A DNA stretch of 64,000 nt from Hyaloraphidium curvatum SAG 235-1 (Eukaryota > Fungi > Monoblepharomycota), in assembly GCA_025558095.1 (NCBI GenBank), contig JAIVFI010000007.1, positions 248,001-312,000 on the forward strand, read 5' to 3'. The notes under the pieces were generated by a model. That model saw only the letters and a list, made by a program, of their open reading frames with translations. It was not told the origin of the DNA and did not search any database. The first letter of the stretch is position 1. Every line of letters starts with the position of its first letter. The position numbers and the translations under genes are program-made. Of this stretch, positions 48,709 to 61,162 are shown one piece after another.

Positions 48709-49979
48709 TCATCGCCCCTTCATTGGCACGCCTCCGAGGTGCAGGCCCGAATCGATCATGAGCACCTCCCCCGTGATGAGAGTGCCGCTGAAGAAGAATG
48801 AGTGCCTGAGATCTTTGGTTTGCTACGGCCCTCACCTCTCCAAAAAGAACAAAATCGGCTCCTTGACTTCCTCGGGCGTCGCCGCTTGCCGGAGCGGGGT
48901 CGTGGTCTCAATCATCTTCTTGGTGGCGTCGTCTGCGTCCACGGTGTATGTTAGGATGCTGCAGGCCGATATGGGGTCCACAACGGAACCCACATCGCTC
49001 CTGGCCCATGCCCTCGGCCAACCTGAAGGAAGATTCAGTCTCGACTCGCTTGGCGTGCGATCGCTGCTATCGCAACCCACCAGCGCCCCTGGATGAAGCC
49101 GGGGCACACAGCGTTGACGCGGATTTCCGGGCCGAGAACGCGGGCGAGCGAGAGGGTCATTGTGTTGAGGGCGCCCTTGCTGGCGGCGTCTGCGAGGGCA
49201 ACGGGGTAAAGACGGGCGACCGCCAAAGCTTGGCGCACTCACAGGCAACCGACGATCCAACGCCCATGACCCCGGCAATCGAGGAGACGTTCACGATCGA
49301 GCCCTTGCCGATCCTCTTCATCTCGGGGGCAACGGCGCGGATCATCTGGTAGGCGGCGACGACATTGACCTGACAAAATGTTCGTCAGAGCCCATTCTGC
49401 CCCTTGCCGCGTGTGGGATCCCGCCTGGTAGATGTTGTGGAAATCCGCTTCGTCTAGGCCGTCAAGGTTCGCGTGGTCGTTGAACTTCGTGGTGCCGGCG
49501 TTGTTCTGACAAAGAGTTCCGTCACTCCGGCGAGCCCCGCCCTGAAACGCAGGCAGAATCCCACGACGAGGTAGTCGATCCGGCCAAAGGCGTCCACGCA
49601 GGCCTTGGCCAGCCTCTTGCAGTCCTCGTCCGAGGAAACGTTGGCCTGGCAAAGGATGCCCTTGGCCCCGGCCGCCTCGATCTGCTTCAGGGTCTCCTGG
49701 GCGCCCTCCACCGACTTGGCTAGGAGTATGCCGGGAGCGGAACGGAACCGAGAAAGTTGCCGGCGCCATTCCGTCAGACACGGGTGCGACGGCAGCTCCA
49801 GGCAAGGCACGAACTGTAGTTGACGACGACATTGCACTTGCGCTGGGCCAGCGCGATCGCTGGAACGGGGAGGTCGGCATCTGGCCGGAAAGACGCGTCC
49901 GATGCCGCTCACCGACGGCCTGGCCGACGCCCGAGGACGATCCGGTAACGATAGCGGCCTTGCCTTCCAAGGAGGACAT
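48709..49979 (-). CDS. Classical short-chain dehydrogenase/reductase, intron-rich
   Basis: [19 protein letters not shown], spliced [24 protein letters not shown]. Confidence 0.88.
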
Positions 49980-50599
49980 CGCGATTACGGGTTGTCAAGG
50001 CGCTGCGCGATGTTTGTTTTGCGGAAGGGTCGCTGGTGGGAGGCAACTGCGGAAGTGGAGGCGAAGCCATCCGGCCCCCCACCGCCTTGCGTTCCTCGGT
50101 CCTCAATCGGGGCGGAAACAAGATAAGAAAATGGGAAATCCTCGATGAATTCACTTGGGCCGCCTTTTTCTGTCGTTCTCGCAGGAGCTATTCAAGAACG
50201 TGCGGACTGCGGACTGCACGCACGCCGACTTTGCAATCGCTGGACGATGAGAAGTATGGGAGAGAAGACAGTCGTGGCCTACACCGGGCGTGGATGTCTC
50301 GCCGGGTCGGATGGAATAGAAGCAGACGATCAAGCAGCGAATCAGTGAGTCGTCAGCGGGTTCGTGATCGATCGTGCCAGAGCAGGATCCAGCCGAACGG
50401 CCGGGCTGTCCCGGGCTGCCTTAAAGAAACGCCCTGCTTTCTTTGCGGACGGGCTTTTGCTGCCAGTGGCTCTTCTGCGGGCGCCTGCTGCCGCTTGCCC
50501 ACCGTCGCTGCTTCCTTCCTGTTGTCCGGACATCGCCGCCGGTTCCTTCCTCCTGTCCCGCCGCTGTCGCCGGTTCCTTCCTCCTGACCTGCCGCCGCG

Positions 50600-52315
50600 A
50601 TGGGAAAGGGCTCGGATAAGATGTACATTACTTCCTCGGAGTACTCCGGCTTGGTGCAGGAAGGGGGGATGAAGTTCGGGGGCACCACGGGAAAGTTGAA
50701 GGGGACCGAGTTCAAACGGCTGCCCTTCTACGCCTGCGCGCTCTCGCTGCAGCCGTTCGAGAACCCCATGATGGATCCGCGGGACGGGAGCGTCTACGAT
50801 CTCGTCAGCATCGTGCCGTGGCTGAAGAAGCACGGCGTGAGCCCCGTCACGGGCGAGAAGCTGTCGTCCAAGGACCTCGTGAAGCTCAACTTTTCAAAGA
50901 ACGCGGAAGGGGACTACTACTGCCCCATCACGTTCAAGACCTTCAACGAGCACACGCACATCGTGGCCATCCGGACTTCGGGCAACGTGTTTGCTTACCA
51001 GGCCGTCCAGGAGCTCAACATCCAGGCAAAGAACTGGAAGGACCTCCTGACCGACGAGCCGTTCACGCGGCAGGACATCATCACGCTCCAGGATCCCCAC
51101 AACCTGGAGGCGCGGGACCTGAACCGGTTCTACTACGTGAAGAACGAATTGAAGGCCGAAACATCGCTGGCTGCCGGCAGCATCAACGCGGTCGGCACGA
51201 CGTCGCGGGCGCTGAAGGAGCTCGAGGCGAAGCAGCAGAAGGAGAGGGAAAAGGCGGCGCTGGCGGCGACAAAGGACCCCGCTGCCTCCGTGACGCCTTC
51301 GTTCGTGACAAAGGACACGCTGCCGACCAACGCGGCACACTTTTCCAACAACCGGATGGCCGGGGCCTTTACCTCGACGTCGTTTGCGAACCCTGCGACG
51401 AAGAACGAGCGCGTGCTCATCGACGAGGAGGAGCTCATGTTCTCACAGATCAAGACCAAGGGCTACGCGGCCATCCGGACGAACCTCGGCCAGATCAACC
51501 TGGAGCTGCACGCGGACATGGTGCCGAAGACGGTGTTCAACTTCATCATGCTGGCCAAGAGCGGCTACTACACCGGAGTTTCGTTCCACCGCAACATCAA
51601 GAACTTCATGGTGCAAGGGGGTGACCCAACAGGAACGGGGAAGGGCGGCAAGTCGTTCTGGGGGAAAGATTTCGAGGACGAAATCAAGGGAAGCCTGAAG
51701 CACGACAGCAGGGGGGTGCTTTCGATGGCGAACCGGGGGAAGAACACGAACAGTTCCCAGTTCTTCATCACCTACAAACCAACGCCTCATTTGGACTTGA
51801 AGCACAGCGTATTTGGCAAAGTCGTCGGCGGAATGGAGGTCCTGACGAGGATGGAGGAGGTCAAGACCGAGGAAAAGACGGACAAGCCGGTCAGACCCAT
51901 TATCATGGAGGAAGTCGACGTCGTCGTCGATCCGTTCGAGGAATGGAAGGAGGCCCAGAAGCGGAAGGAGGACGAGAAGGCGAAGGAGGCGGCACGGGAC
52001 GAGCGGGCGAACCGCGAGTACCAGGCTGCCCGCGCGGCGCGAGAGAAGCGGGAGCTGGACCAGCAGCGCGTCGGTGTTGGCGAGTCCTTGCTCGAACCGA
52101 GTGCGAGCAGCACGAGCTCCTTCACCGAAAGTGCCCCGGTGGGCAAGTACCTGAAAGCAGCTCCATCTGGGAAGGCGGAGGCGGAGGCGGGGGACAAGCG
52201 GACAGGCGTTTCGCTGTGGGACCTCGACGACGACGCGCCTTCGGAGACTGCGGGCCTCCCGCCGCCAAAGAAGGTCAAGATGTCGGGAGCGTACGGCAAT
52301 TTCTCGAATTTCTGA
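50600..52315 (+). CDS. PPIL2: U-box + cyclophilin PPIL2/Cyp60, single exon
   Basis: [65 protein letters not shown]-term YGNFSNF. Confidence 0.93.
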   Translation: MGKGSDKMYITSSEYSGLVQEGGMKFGGTTGKLKGTEFKRLPFYACALSLQPFENPMMDPRDGSVYDLVSIVPWLKKHGVSPVTGEKLSSKDLVKLNFSKNAEGDYYCPITFKTFNEHTHIVAIRTSGNVFAYQAVQELNIQAKNWKDLLTDEPFTRQDIITLQDPHNLEARDLNRFYYVKNELKAETSLAAGSINAVGTTSRALKELEAKQQKEREKAALAATKDPAASVTPSFVTKDTLPTNAAHFSNNRMAGAFTSTSFANPATKNERVLIDEEELMFSQIKTKGYAAIRTNLGQINLELHADMVPKTVFNFIMLAKSGYYTGVSFHRNIKNFMVQGGDPTGTGKGGKSFWGKDFEDEIKGSLKHDSRGVLSMANRGKNTNSSQFFITYKPTPHLDLKHSVFGKVVGGMEVLTRMEEVKTEEKTDKPVRPIIMEEVDVVVDPFEEWKEAQKRKEDEKAKEAARDERANREYQAARAAREKRELDQQRVGVGESLLEPSASSTSSFTESAPVGKYLKAAPSGKAEAEAGDKRTGVSLWDLDDDAPSETAGLPPPKKVKMSGAYGNFSNF

Positions 52316-52373
52316 TCATCTGTGTCCTCGCAATATACCGGCGATTCCAAGACGAAGCGCCTCCTAGGCTTTT

Positions 52374-54606
52374 TCAGCTCTTCAGTTCGCCCATGATATT
52401 CTTGAGCACGCGCAGTTCCTCCCGCACCGCGTAGCCGCGGTCGTCGATCTTTGCGGCGACCTTTCCGTGTGCCGCCTTGTACGCGTCGAGCAGGTTCTTG
52501 AAATAGGTGGAGTAGCTCCTCTTGAGCTCGCTCTTCATGCTCTCCACGAGATCGGTCCGTAGCTGGACGCCGTGCGCATTGATACGCTCCCCGTACTGCC
52601 ATTTGAGGGAGCGCCAGCGGCCTTTCATCCACAAGAACGCGCTGACGGCCAGAGCGCCGCCGGTCCCGTAAGCAACCGGCGGAGGAACGCCGAGATGAAT
52701 AGCAAAGAGTGTTCCGAGGCCGACCGCAGCCTGCGAGGAGAGCGTAAACAAGGCTTGCTGACAGCAATCCAGCAGCCATCATACCTGGAAGCCGACCGTC
52801 GTGAGGACCGTCGAGTCGCCGGCCGACTGCAGACGCTCCCCCTCCAGCCGGACCTTTTCTTCGTACCCGGCCATTGGCGAAGAAAGCGTCCGAATGGGGT
52901 TCATCCCTTTGGCGAACTCCAGCTCGCGATCCAGCTGCTCCACGATCCTCGCGATCTCCACTTCCAGTTCCCGAGACAAGCTATGCCGGTACAAGACCTT
53001 CGAGTGAGCCACGCGGGCGAGAATGTTGCGCAGGTTCGTGGCGTAGGTCGACATGACGCCGTCCGTCCGCCCAACCGCGTGGGAAAACAATATCTCCACC
53101 TCGCGCAGGGTCTGCGCGCCTTCCCAGGTGAAGCCGGAAGCCGAGCCCTCGACATTATTGAGGTGCACCAGACTAGAGCCCATGAGCCTTCGCGTCGCCT
53201 CGAGGCTAATGGGCTCCATCCTCCAAAGGAAGCGCCACAGCGGCCGTTCGGCCACGTAGCTCGTCGCCTTCTCCTCCGACTGGAGCAGCACCCGAGCTAT
53301 CTCGCTGCCCGTCTTTTTCATGGCGGCGTCGAGCTGCCGCTGCTCCTCTTTCCGAACGGCATCGACCACGGCCGTGACCTCGTGGTGGTAGCTCTGGATC
53401 GACTTGTAGGTGACGTCGATCTCCCGTTCGAGACGCTCCAGCGCATAGCGTCCGACGGCCAGATCGGTCAGAAGCTTGGCAGACCGGTGATCCGCCGGGC
53501 TTAGCAGGCGGCCGAGAAGATAGTCCCGCACGACGTCGATCCTCGCCGACGCCAACCGGCTCTGGTAGCTGTACGGGCTAACGGGTACGCCTTCCTCGAC
53601 CGCGCTGCGAAGCCCGATGGGCGCCACTATCGCGCGCTTGGCCGCGGTCCAGAATATGGGCGCTTTCAGGCCGGGCGCGTGGATCTTTGCCCGCTGGTCC
53701 ACCTCCTTCGCCATGCGCGCAACAGCAATCTCCTCTGTCTCCCCCAGCCGGTCCGTTTGGTTGACGCAGACCACCACGCGGTCCGCGCGTCCCATTTTGT
53801 TCAGCTTTTCCAGCGTCGAGATCTCCCGCGCCCCCGTGAGTTGCCGTGCAATGTCCGACACCAGCACGACGGCGTCCGACTCCAAGAGAGCGGTGTCCAG
53901 GATTATCTTGTTGGGCACGCTGTCGAAGTTGTAAAGACCCGGCTGGAAAGCGGAGTCAGGGAGGAGGCAACCGCAGCGACAGGGGAGAACCCACGAGGTA
54001 CAAAACGTCGGCGTGGCAATACTCGAGCCACTTCGTTGGGGCCCTGATCCGGGAGAAACCAGAGGACGGGTCCGGCTCCAGCTGCTCCGCCTTCTCTCCG
54101 TACCTGTATGCGACCTTCAGCATCACCGTCGCTGTCACGAAAGAACGAAGGACCCACGAAATGACGGCAGGCTCCTCCAGCTCCTTCAGGACCCTCGCGA
54201 GGAACGCCGAGGCCTCGGCGTCCACCGTATCGTCATCCAGCAAGCTCCGTATGAGCACCGTCTTGCCCACGTAGTCCTCCCCGATAAAGGCCACGCGCAG
54301 CTTGGCCCCAGACTCCCCAAGCGCCACCCGCCCCGCAGCCCGCCGCATCGCGTCCTTCCAGGCCGGATTCCGCTCCTCCAGCTGGTCCTGGAGCTCCACA
54401 ATACGGGACATCACGTTCTGGATCCTTGGAAGGTACGTTTCCGCCGCCGAGGAGGCATAGGCACGAGCACGCCCCGAGTGGAAGAGGGGGCGCCAAGCAG
54501 CTCCGGGAGCCGCGAGCGGCTGCAAAATTCCGGCATTCCGCTGCCAGTGTTGTCCGCGTCCACGAATAAGGGCCAGAAGCCGCGATGGCCTCGCGGGCGG
54601 GGGCAT
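52374..54606 (-). CDS. Mitochondrial dynamin-like/P-loop protein with C-terminal TM hairpin (Mmc1-like), 3 exons
   Basis: Presequence; RVAFIGEDYVGKT P-loop; SDAVVLV; VVVCVNQTD G4-like; helical region; GALAVSAFLWMKGRW tail. Confidence 0.6.
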
Positions 54607-54736
54607 CGTGCGAGAGAAGGAAACGCACGGGCCCAGTCATCAAACGCCCGGGGTCCAAGAATCACGTGCGGATCGCCGTAGTCCCATTTTCAAGTCAGAA
54701 ATAGACATCCAAGACTAAATAGTGTAGATTTACTGT

Positions 54737-57386
54737 CTAGTATCTCGCCGCGCCCCTCGCCCTGTCCTTCTCGTAGTCCTCCGTGCGGTCGTCCTCGTCC
54801 AGCCCGAGGATGCGCGGGTCGCCGAGCCAAACCTTCTCCGAGAAGAAGCGCTGCATCGTCTGGCCGACGCGGTTCCACCCCATGAACCACATGAGGATCG
54901 CGAGGGAGCACGTGGCCAGCGTCCAGGAGAAGACGACGGCGACGGCGATGCCGACGTAGGCGGTGTTGGAGCCGAAGTAGATGTTGCGGAGGATGTAGAC
55001 GCTCCAGTACTGCGAGAGCGAAGGTCAGCTGTGCTTCACAACCATGGGTACGGGGCACGCACCATGGGGAAGGCCTTGCCGATCTGGTACCCGAGGAAGG
55101 AAAGGTTCTGGTCCAGGAACGACCACGACATGCCGAACTGTCAAAAGCAAATGAGCTTCCAATCTCCGCAAGAATCGGCTGCGCAGGATCCCACCTGGAT
55201 GAACCCGAACACGAGCATGAGCGCCTGCCCCAAGTCCCTGCCTGCGAGCTGGTACGCGAGCGAGATGGTCCCGAGGTACGACGTACCCAGGAACACCATC
55301 CACCCCCACGTCGACGCCCACCCGGCCGCGGACGAGCTCGCCCCCGCGAACTGGCCGTTGAGCATCAGCGGGATCAGCGTCGTGCCGAGTGTGAGCAGGG
55401 CGAGCATGCCGGCCGTCGCGCCGAAGCGCCAGCCGAACTCGGTCCCGCGGCGGTGCGCCTCGGGGTGCGTCATCCAGCTCGCGATGGTGGCGATGAAGAT
55501 GCAGCCGATCCAGAGGAGGAAGGTGGTCATGTAAGCGAAGATGTTTTGGCCTTCGGTGGCCACGGGGTGGATATCTGCGAAACACGCATTAGGACGGTCG
55601 AGCTCCGCACAGTCATTGAAAACGCACCGGTGTAGGACAGCCTGACGGGCCCCGTGAGCCAGTATCCCACGCTCGCGCTCACGTTCTGCTTGACGAACTC
55701 GGTGGCGATTGCCACCCTGAGCTTCTCGTTGAACAGGATCATGGAAAACAGCAGGTCGCGCACGGTCTTGTAGTTCTTGCCCGAGTCGTGCACGAACTCG
55801 ACCACGGCCGGCACCGAGCGGCCGAGCAGGGTCGAGGTGTAGTCCTTGGAGACGAAGAAGCCGACGTAGCGGTTCTCATTCGCGACCATGGCCACCACCT
55901 GGTCGCGCGTGGCGCCGTAGACGTAGTCCACGGCGAGCGCGGAGGCGAGCATCGAGTCGATGGGGGAGACGAGGGTGTAGTTGACGAGCTGGTAGGATGC
56001 ATCCGAGGTCTGGGCTGTGGGATCAAAACGAAGTGTGAGTCAGCGGACGACAGCGGCACACACCGAGGCAACTCACGCTCGATGCCGACGACCAGGCTGA
56101 TCTGCCTCGGCCGCAGCGCCCACGACATGCCGGCAAAGATCCAGTTGAGCAGCCACATCCCGCACAGCGCCGCCATCGCCAGCCCGATGAAGTGGCACAG
56201 CGAGCGCCTCCACCAGGCCACGTGCTTGCGCGGGGGCTGCTTGTAGTAGTACCGCGCGGCGCGGGTGCCGTCGACCGACTCGTCCGGCGCGACGGCGGCC
56301 GACCTGGTGCCCGGGGTCGCGGGGGGAATCGCGTACGCGGAGCGGCTGTGCCCGCCGCCGTACGAGCTGGGGGGGTAAGGAGCAGTGCCGGTGGGGCTGG
56401 CGAGGTAACGGTCCCCGTACTCGGCGACGGCGGTGCGGTCCGTGCCGGGGTTGGTGTGCCGCGTGCGCGACGAGGAGGGGCGGTCCCGCTCGCGCTCGCG
56501 GTGCCGCCGCGAGTGCCGCATGACGGGCGTCGGCATGCCCTCCGAGTACATGTCCACGACGGGGGGGGCGCCGTACGCCGCGCTGCCCTCGTACTCGTCG
56601 TCCTCGTAGTAGTCGTCCTCCTCCTCGCGGCGGGTGGAAGCGTACGCCGAGCGCACGGCCGGGGGCGGGGGAGTGTACGCGGGGATCGGGGCCGCGGGCA
56701 TGGTGGCCATCCCCATGAGCCCGAGCGAGGCGTTCGAGTACGCGTTCGGCATCCCCAGGGCCGGCATCGACGCCGACGAGGCCACGGGGATGAGGCCGGA
56801 GCCGGGTGCGGCCGAGACGCGGATCACGGGCACGCCGTTCAGGTCCACCATCGACGGCGGCCCGGGGCTCAGCGGGAGGTGCTGCTGCGAGGGCATGGGG
56901 AGGAGGGAGGGCGCCTGCAGGAGGTCCGCGGTCGACCCGGCGCGGGAGGGGGCGCGGTAGGCGCGGTAGAGCGACGACTGGTCGGCGGGGGTGGCGACCG
57001 AGCGCAGCGACGGCGACGGCGCCTGCTCCTGGTCGTCGACGTCGACGTCGCCGCCGGCCATGCTGCGGAGCTCCTCAAGCTGCTGGTCCATCAGCACGTT
57101 GTAGCTGTTTTGTGGTCATGCGGGGGGGGGGAATGCGTGCGGAGCGGTTCAGCGTCGACGTGAGCATTTCGGGGGCGGGGGTCAACCGATCGGCGGCTCC
57201 GGCGGCGGCAGCGAGCACCCACGACATGTGGCGCGAGGCCGACTCGGAGATGCGCATGGCCGGGTCCCGCGAGCGCGGCATCTGCGGCGTCGGGGCGTCG
57301 CCGACGACGTACTCGCGGCGGATGGCCTCCGACTCGGGCGACACGGCGCCCGACCGCACCGTCACGGGCGTGTACGGCTCGGCCAT
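54737..57386 (-). CDS. Sng1/DUF3533-like (ABC-2/YhgE-type) multi-pass membrane protein with long disordered N-terminus, multi-exon
   Basis: Single TM, luminal domain (QVVAMV..YVGFFV..FVHDSGK), DIHPVATEGQNIFAYMTTFLLWIG, further TMs, IGKAFPM..ILRNIYFG. Confidence 0.6.
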
Positions 57387-57678
57387 GTTTTCCGCACGGT
57401 CGTCGAGGGCTGGCCGCTGCGGGGTGTGTGTGCCGCGGGCGGCGGGACTGCGGGCTCGGCGTGCGCGCTGCTGCCGCGGCCGGCCGAGCTCTCCGCGGGG
57501 CGCCGCACGGCGATGCGGCCGGTTGTAACGTGCGCCGCCGCTTCTGCACACGCAGTAGGCGCCTGCGGACCGAGCTGGATTGGCGGGTGGAGTGGAGTTG
57601 AGGTCAGGCTGAGCAGCCCAGCGAGACCCCCAAATCGGGCGGCACAAACATTCGCCTAAGCACCGACTTCGGGGGACG

Positions 57679-58348
57679 ATGCGGGGCGGAGGACGCGCTG
57701 CTGAGCCGGCAATGACTGCCTTGAATGCATTCGCGGGCGGAAAGGCCCCGTTCCTGGGGTTCCCGACGGGAGCGGCCGGACTCGAATGTGGCCTGGGACG
57801 GACAGCCGGCCTGGCGGGCCGACCACGGGCTCGGACCTTCTCTTCGGCCGCCCCCGAGTCTACGGACGCGTCGAAGCCCCCACCCGCCCGGGAAACGGCC
57901 TTCCAGCGCTACAAGGCCCTCTTCAGGGCCCAACCCGCCTCGCACCTGACCGCCTTCCTCGTCCTGCACGAGATCACCGCGGTCCTGCCCCTCCCCCTGC
58001 TGTACTACGCGCTGCACCGCAGCGAAGTCGCGTGGGACGCCGTGTTCCCGCGGGATTGGCTGGAAAAGGGCGACAGGAGGATGCGGGGGACGTTCAAAGC
58101 CTTGGGGCTGCCGGAGATCGAGGGCAGCAGGGCGGCGCTGAACGCCGCGGCGGCGTACGGGATCGTCAAGGCGGCGATGCCGCTCCGGTGGGTTACAAGG
58201 CGTGGCGGAGGTTCGTGCACGTGCTGATCTAGGTGGCGATCGCAGGCTGGCGGCGTGCGCGTACCTCACCCCGTGGTTCGCCCGGACCTTCGTTGCGCCC
58301 ATCGGACGATTGCTATCTTTCGGGCGCGGTCGGATGCCGCCTACATAG
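57679..58348 (+). CDS. MRX11: Mitochondrial Mrx11 / FLILHELTA-domain protein, 2 exons
   Basis: PASHLTAFLVLHEITAVLPL; AAYGIVKAAMPLR|LAACAYLTPWFAR. Confidence 0.82.
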
Positions 58349-58488
58349 ACTGATTTGGCGGGGTAGCGTGTGGAGGCGGCGATTCGTGATCGCTGGCTCG
58401 CGGCCGGAATCAAAGTAGCCGCAAGCCGAAGACCACCCACCCACTTCGACCCACCCGTCGCGTCCGCAGTTGCGCCCCGCCGGCCACG

Positions 58489-60928
58489 ATGCAGGCGGGC
58501 GGCGCCGACTGCGGGCCGGTCAACCCGCTGGCGGGGCTCGTCAAGCAGTTTGCCGACGCCGACCGGTCGCTGCAGCGCGACCGCTTCGATGCCGCGGCGC
58601 CGCCGCCGGGCGCGATGCGCCAGCGGCCCATCGACGCGCGCACCGCGCGGGACCTGGAGGTGCGCTAACCGCCGTTGGTACCATTTCCCGGGGAGATCTA
58701 ACCGCCTTGACTTGGTTCATCTAACCTCCTTCATGGGGGAACAGCTCGCCGACGAGTTCTTCCGGCAGGCGCACGCCGGCGCCGGCCCCGCCGGGCTGCG
58801 GCCGTTCGAGATGCGCGACGTCGGCCGCGAGCTCGAGCGCGTGGCGGCGGCCGGCCCCGCCGACTGGGCCGCCGAGTTCCACCGCGCCGCGCACCGCCCG
58901 CCGCCCGCGGACTTCGCCGACCTCGAGGCCGCCTTCGCGCGCCACGCCCCGCCGCAGCTGCAGCAGTGGGCGGACGACTTTGCCCGCTTCGACGCGCAGC
59001 ACCGCGGCCCGCGCATCACGGAGCTGGTGACGCCCGAGCAGGAGGCAGAGTTTGAGGCCGCCTTCGCCCGCGCCGAGGCCGCCGCCGGCCCGCAGAAGAG
59101 CTGGGAGCAGGAGTTCGTCGCGCACGAGGCCGAGTCGTGGGTCGAGGAGTTTGCCGCGCAGGAGGAGCGGCTGGCGCAGGCGCCGAGCGCAGAGTCGGAC
59201 GAGACCCGCGCGGCGCTGGCCCGCACCGCCGGCCTGCTCATCTCGGCGGTGCAGGACTCGGCCAACCCAAAGTTCAAGCAGAGCAAGTTCATGCAGTTCA
59301 TGAAGCAGCTGCGCGACGGCGAGGTGGCCATCGAGGGCAACAAGGTCGTCGAGGCAGGCGGCTGGGAGGCTGAGTTTGCCCGCAAGGAGGGCGGCGAGGC
59401 GTGGGCGGACGAGTTTGCCGGCAATGCCGGGCCGGCCGGCTGGGCCGAGGAGTTCGGCCCCAAGGAGGCCGCGGGGCCCCTGGGCGGGACCGCGGGGGAC
59501 TGGGCCGCCGAGTTCGGCTCGGCCGAGGGTCCGCGCGGCTGGGCGGACGAGTTTGCGATGCAGGCCGAGCACGGGCCCGTCGGCGCCGCGGGCGACTGGG
59601 CCGCCGAGTTCGACGCGCGGGAGAAGCCGATGGACGCGCACGACTGGGCAGAGGAGTTCCGGAAGCAGGGCATGCCGCAGACGGCCGAGGAGATGGAAAA
59701 GTGGATCTCGGACTTTTCGCAGGAGGAGGACGAGGAGTCCCGCATCAAGGAGTACATGGAGATGCACGAGGAGCAGGCCAAGATGGACGACTGGGTCGCG
59801 CAGTTCCGCAAGTCGCTCAAGGAGGCCGCCGGCGACGCAGAGGCCGAGGGCGAGTGGGGCGACATGCAGGACGAGTGGGAAAAGTTCCAGGCCACCAGCC
59901 TGGGCTTCCGCGCCACGGACCAGCGCTACAGCAAGTACGAGTTCCAGCCCAACAACCCGTACCTGGAAACCGCGGACACGGCCTTCCTCCGCGACACCTC
60001 GCGGCACCGCTCCCTCGCCGAGTCCATCCTCGCGCTCGAGGCCGCGGTGCAGCGGGATCCGGACGACGCGCAGTCGTGGCTCATGCTCGGCATGCGGCAG
60101 CAGGAGAACGAGCGCGAGCCCGCGGCCATCGCCGCGCTGCGCCGCAACGTGATGATCGAACCCGACAGCCTGCCCGGGTACATCGCCCTCGCCGTGTCGT
60201 ACATCAACGAGGGCTTCCGGGACGACGCCTACGAGGCGCTCGAGGGGTGGATCCGGCACAACCCGCGCTACGCGCACCTCGTGCAGGGCCGCCCCGCGCC
60301 GCCGGGCGGGCCGAAGCAGCAGGACGTGGTCTCGCTCTTCCTCGCCGCGGCGCGGTCCAATCCCGGCACGGACCTGGACGCGGACGTGCAGCAGGCCCTG
60401 GGGATCCTGTTCAACGCGAGCGAGGAGTACGACAAGGCTGTGGACTGCTTCGAGGCCGCGCTGGCCCGCCGCCCGGGGGACTACATGCTGTACAACAAGC
60501 TCGGTGCGACGCTGGCCAACGCCAAGCAGAGCGAGCGCGCGATCGAGGCGTACTCGGCCGCGCTGGACATCAACCCGGACTACATTCGCGCGAGGTGCGT
60601 TGCTGATCGCCACACTGGGTTTGCCGAAGCTGACGTCCCACACCCCATCATTAGGTACAACCTCGCCATCTCCTGCATCAACCTCGGCAACCACCATGAG
60701 GCGGCCGAGCACCTCCTACACGCCCTGGCCATGCAGCAGGCCGGCGCGCCCGCCGCCGTCAAGGGCAAGGGCCGGCCGGGCGCCTTCCCCGGCGGCGGCC
60801 CGTCGCCCATGTCGGACTCGATCTGGGATACGCTGAGGATGGCGATGCTGATGATGTCGCGGCCGGACATGGTCGGGGCGGTGGACGCAAAGGACATCAA
60901 CGCGTTCCGAGGGGAGTTTGACTTCTAG
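58489..60928 (+). CDS. PEX5: Peroxisomal PTS1 receptor Pex5 (long form)
   Basis: N-terminal DCGPVNPL (conserved Cys), many WxxxF motifs, YEFQPNNPY, TPRs (QENERE, NKLGATLAN, RARYNLAISCINLG), C-term FRGEFDF. Confidence 0.95.
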
Positions 60929-61162
60929 GTCGGCTTGTAGATATCTCAGGGTGAAAAGAATGGACTGTGTCTCTCTCGAGCTCGGAAATAGGGTATCTTT
61001 TGAATCCAACCGCGCGACAGAGCCATCGCAAACACGCGGCCACTACACAGCCCACTGTTGCGTTCCACCACAACCTTGCCCCAAGATGTCCCACACACAG
61101 AGACTCCATCAGCCTGAAGACGGACAGTCAGAAGCAGAAGAGAGAAGAGGCGCGCACAACGC

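Noticed and set aside
58717-60712. Long antisense or alternate-frame ORFs (also over IRE1, RPT2, PCC and others)
   Set aside because: Expected shadow ORFs from high GC3; Arg/Pro/Gly-rich with no domains
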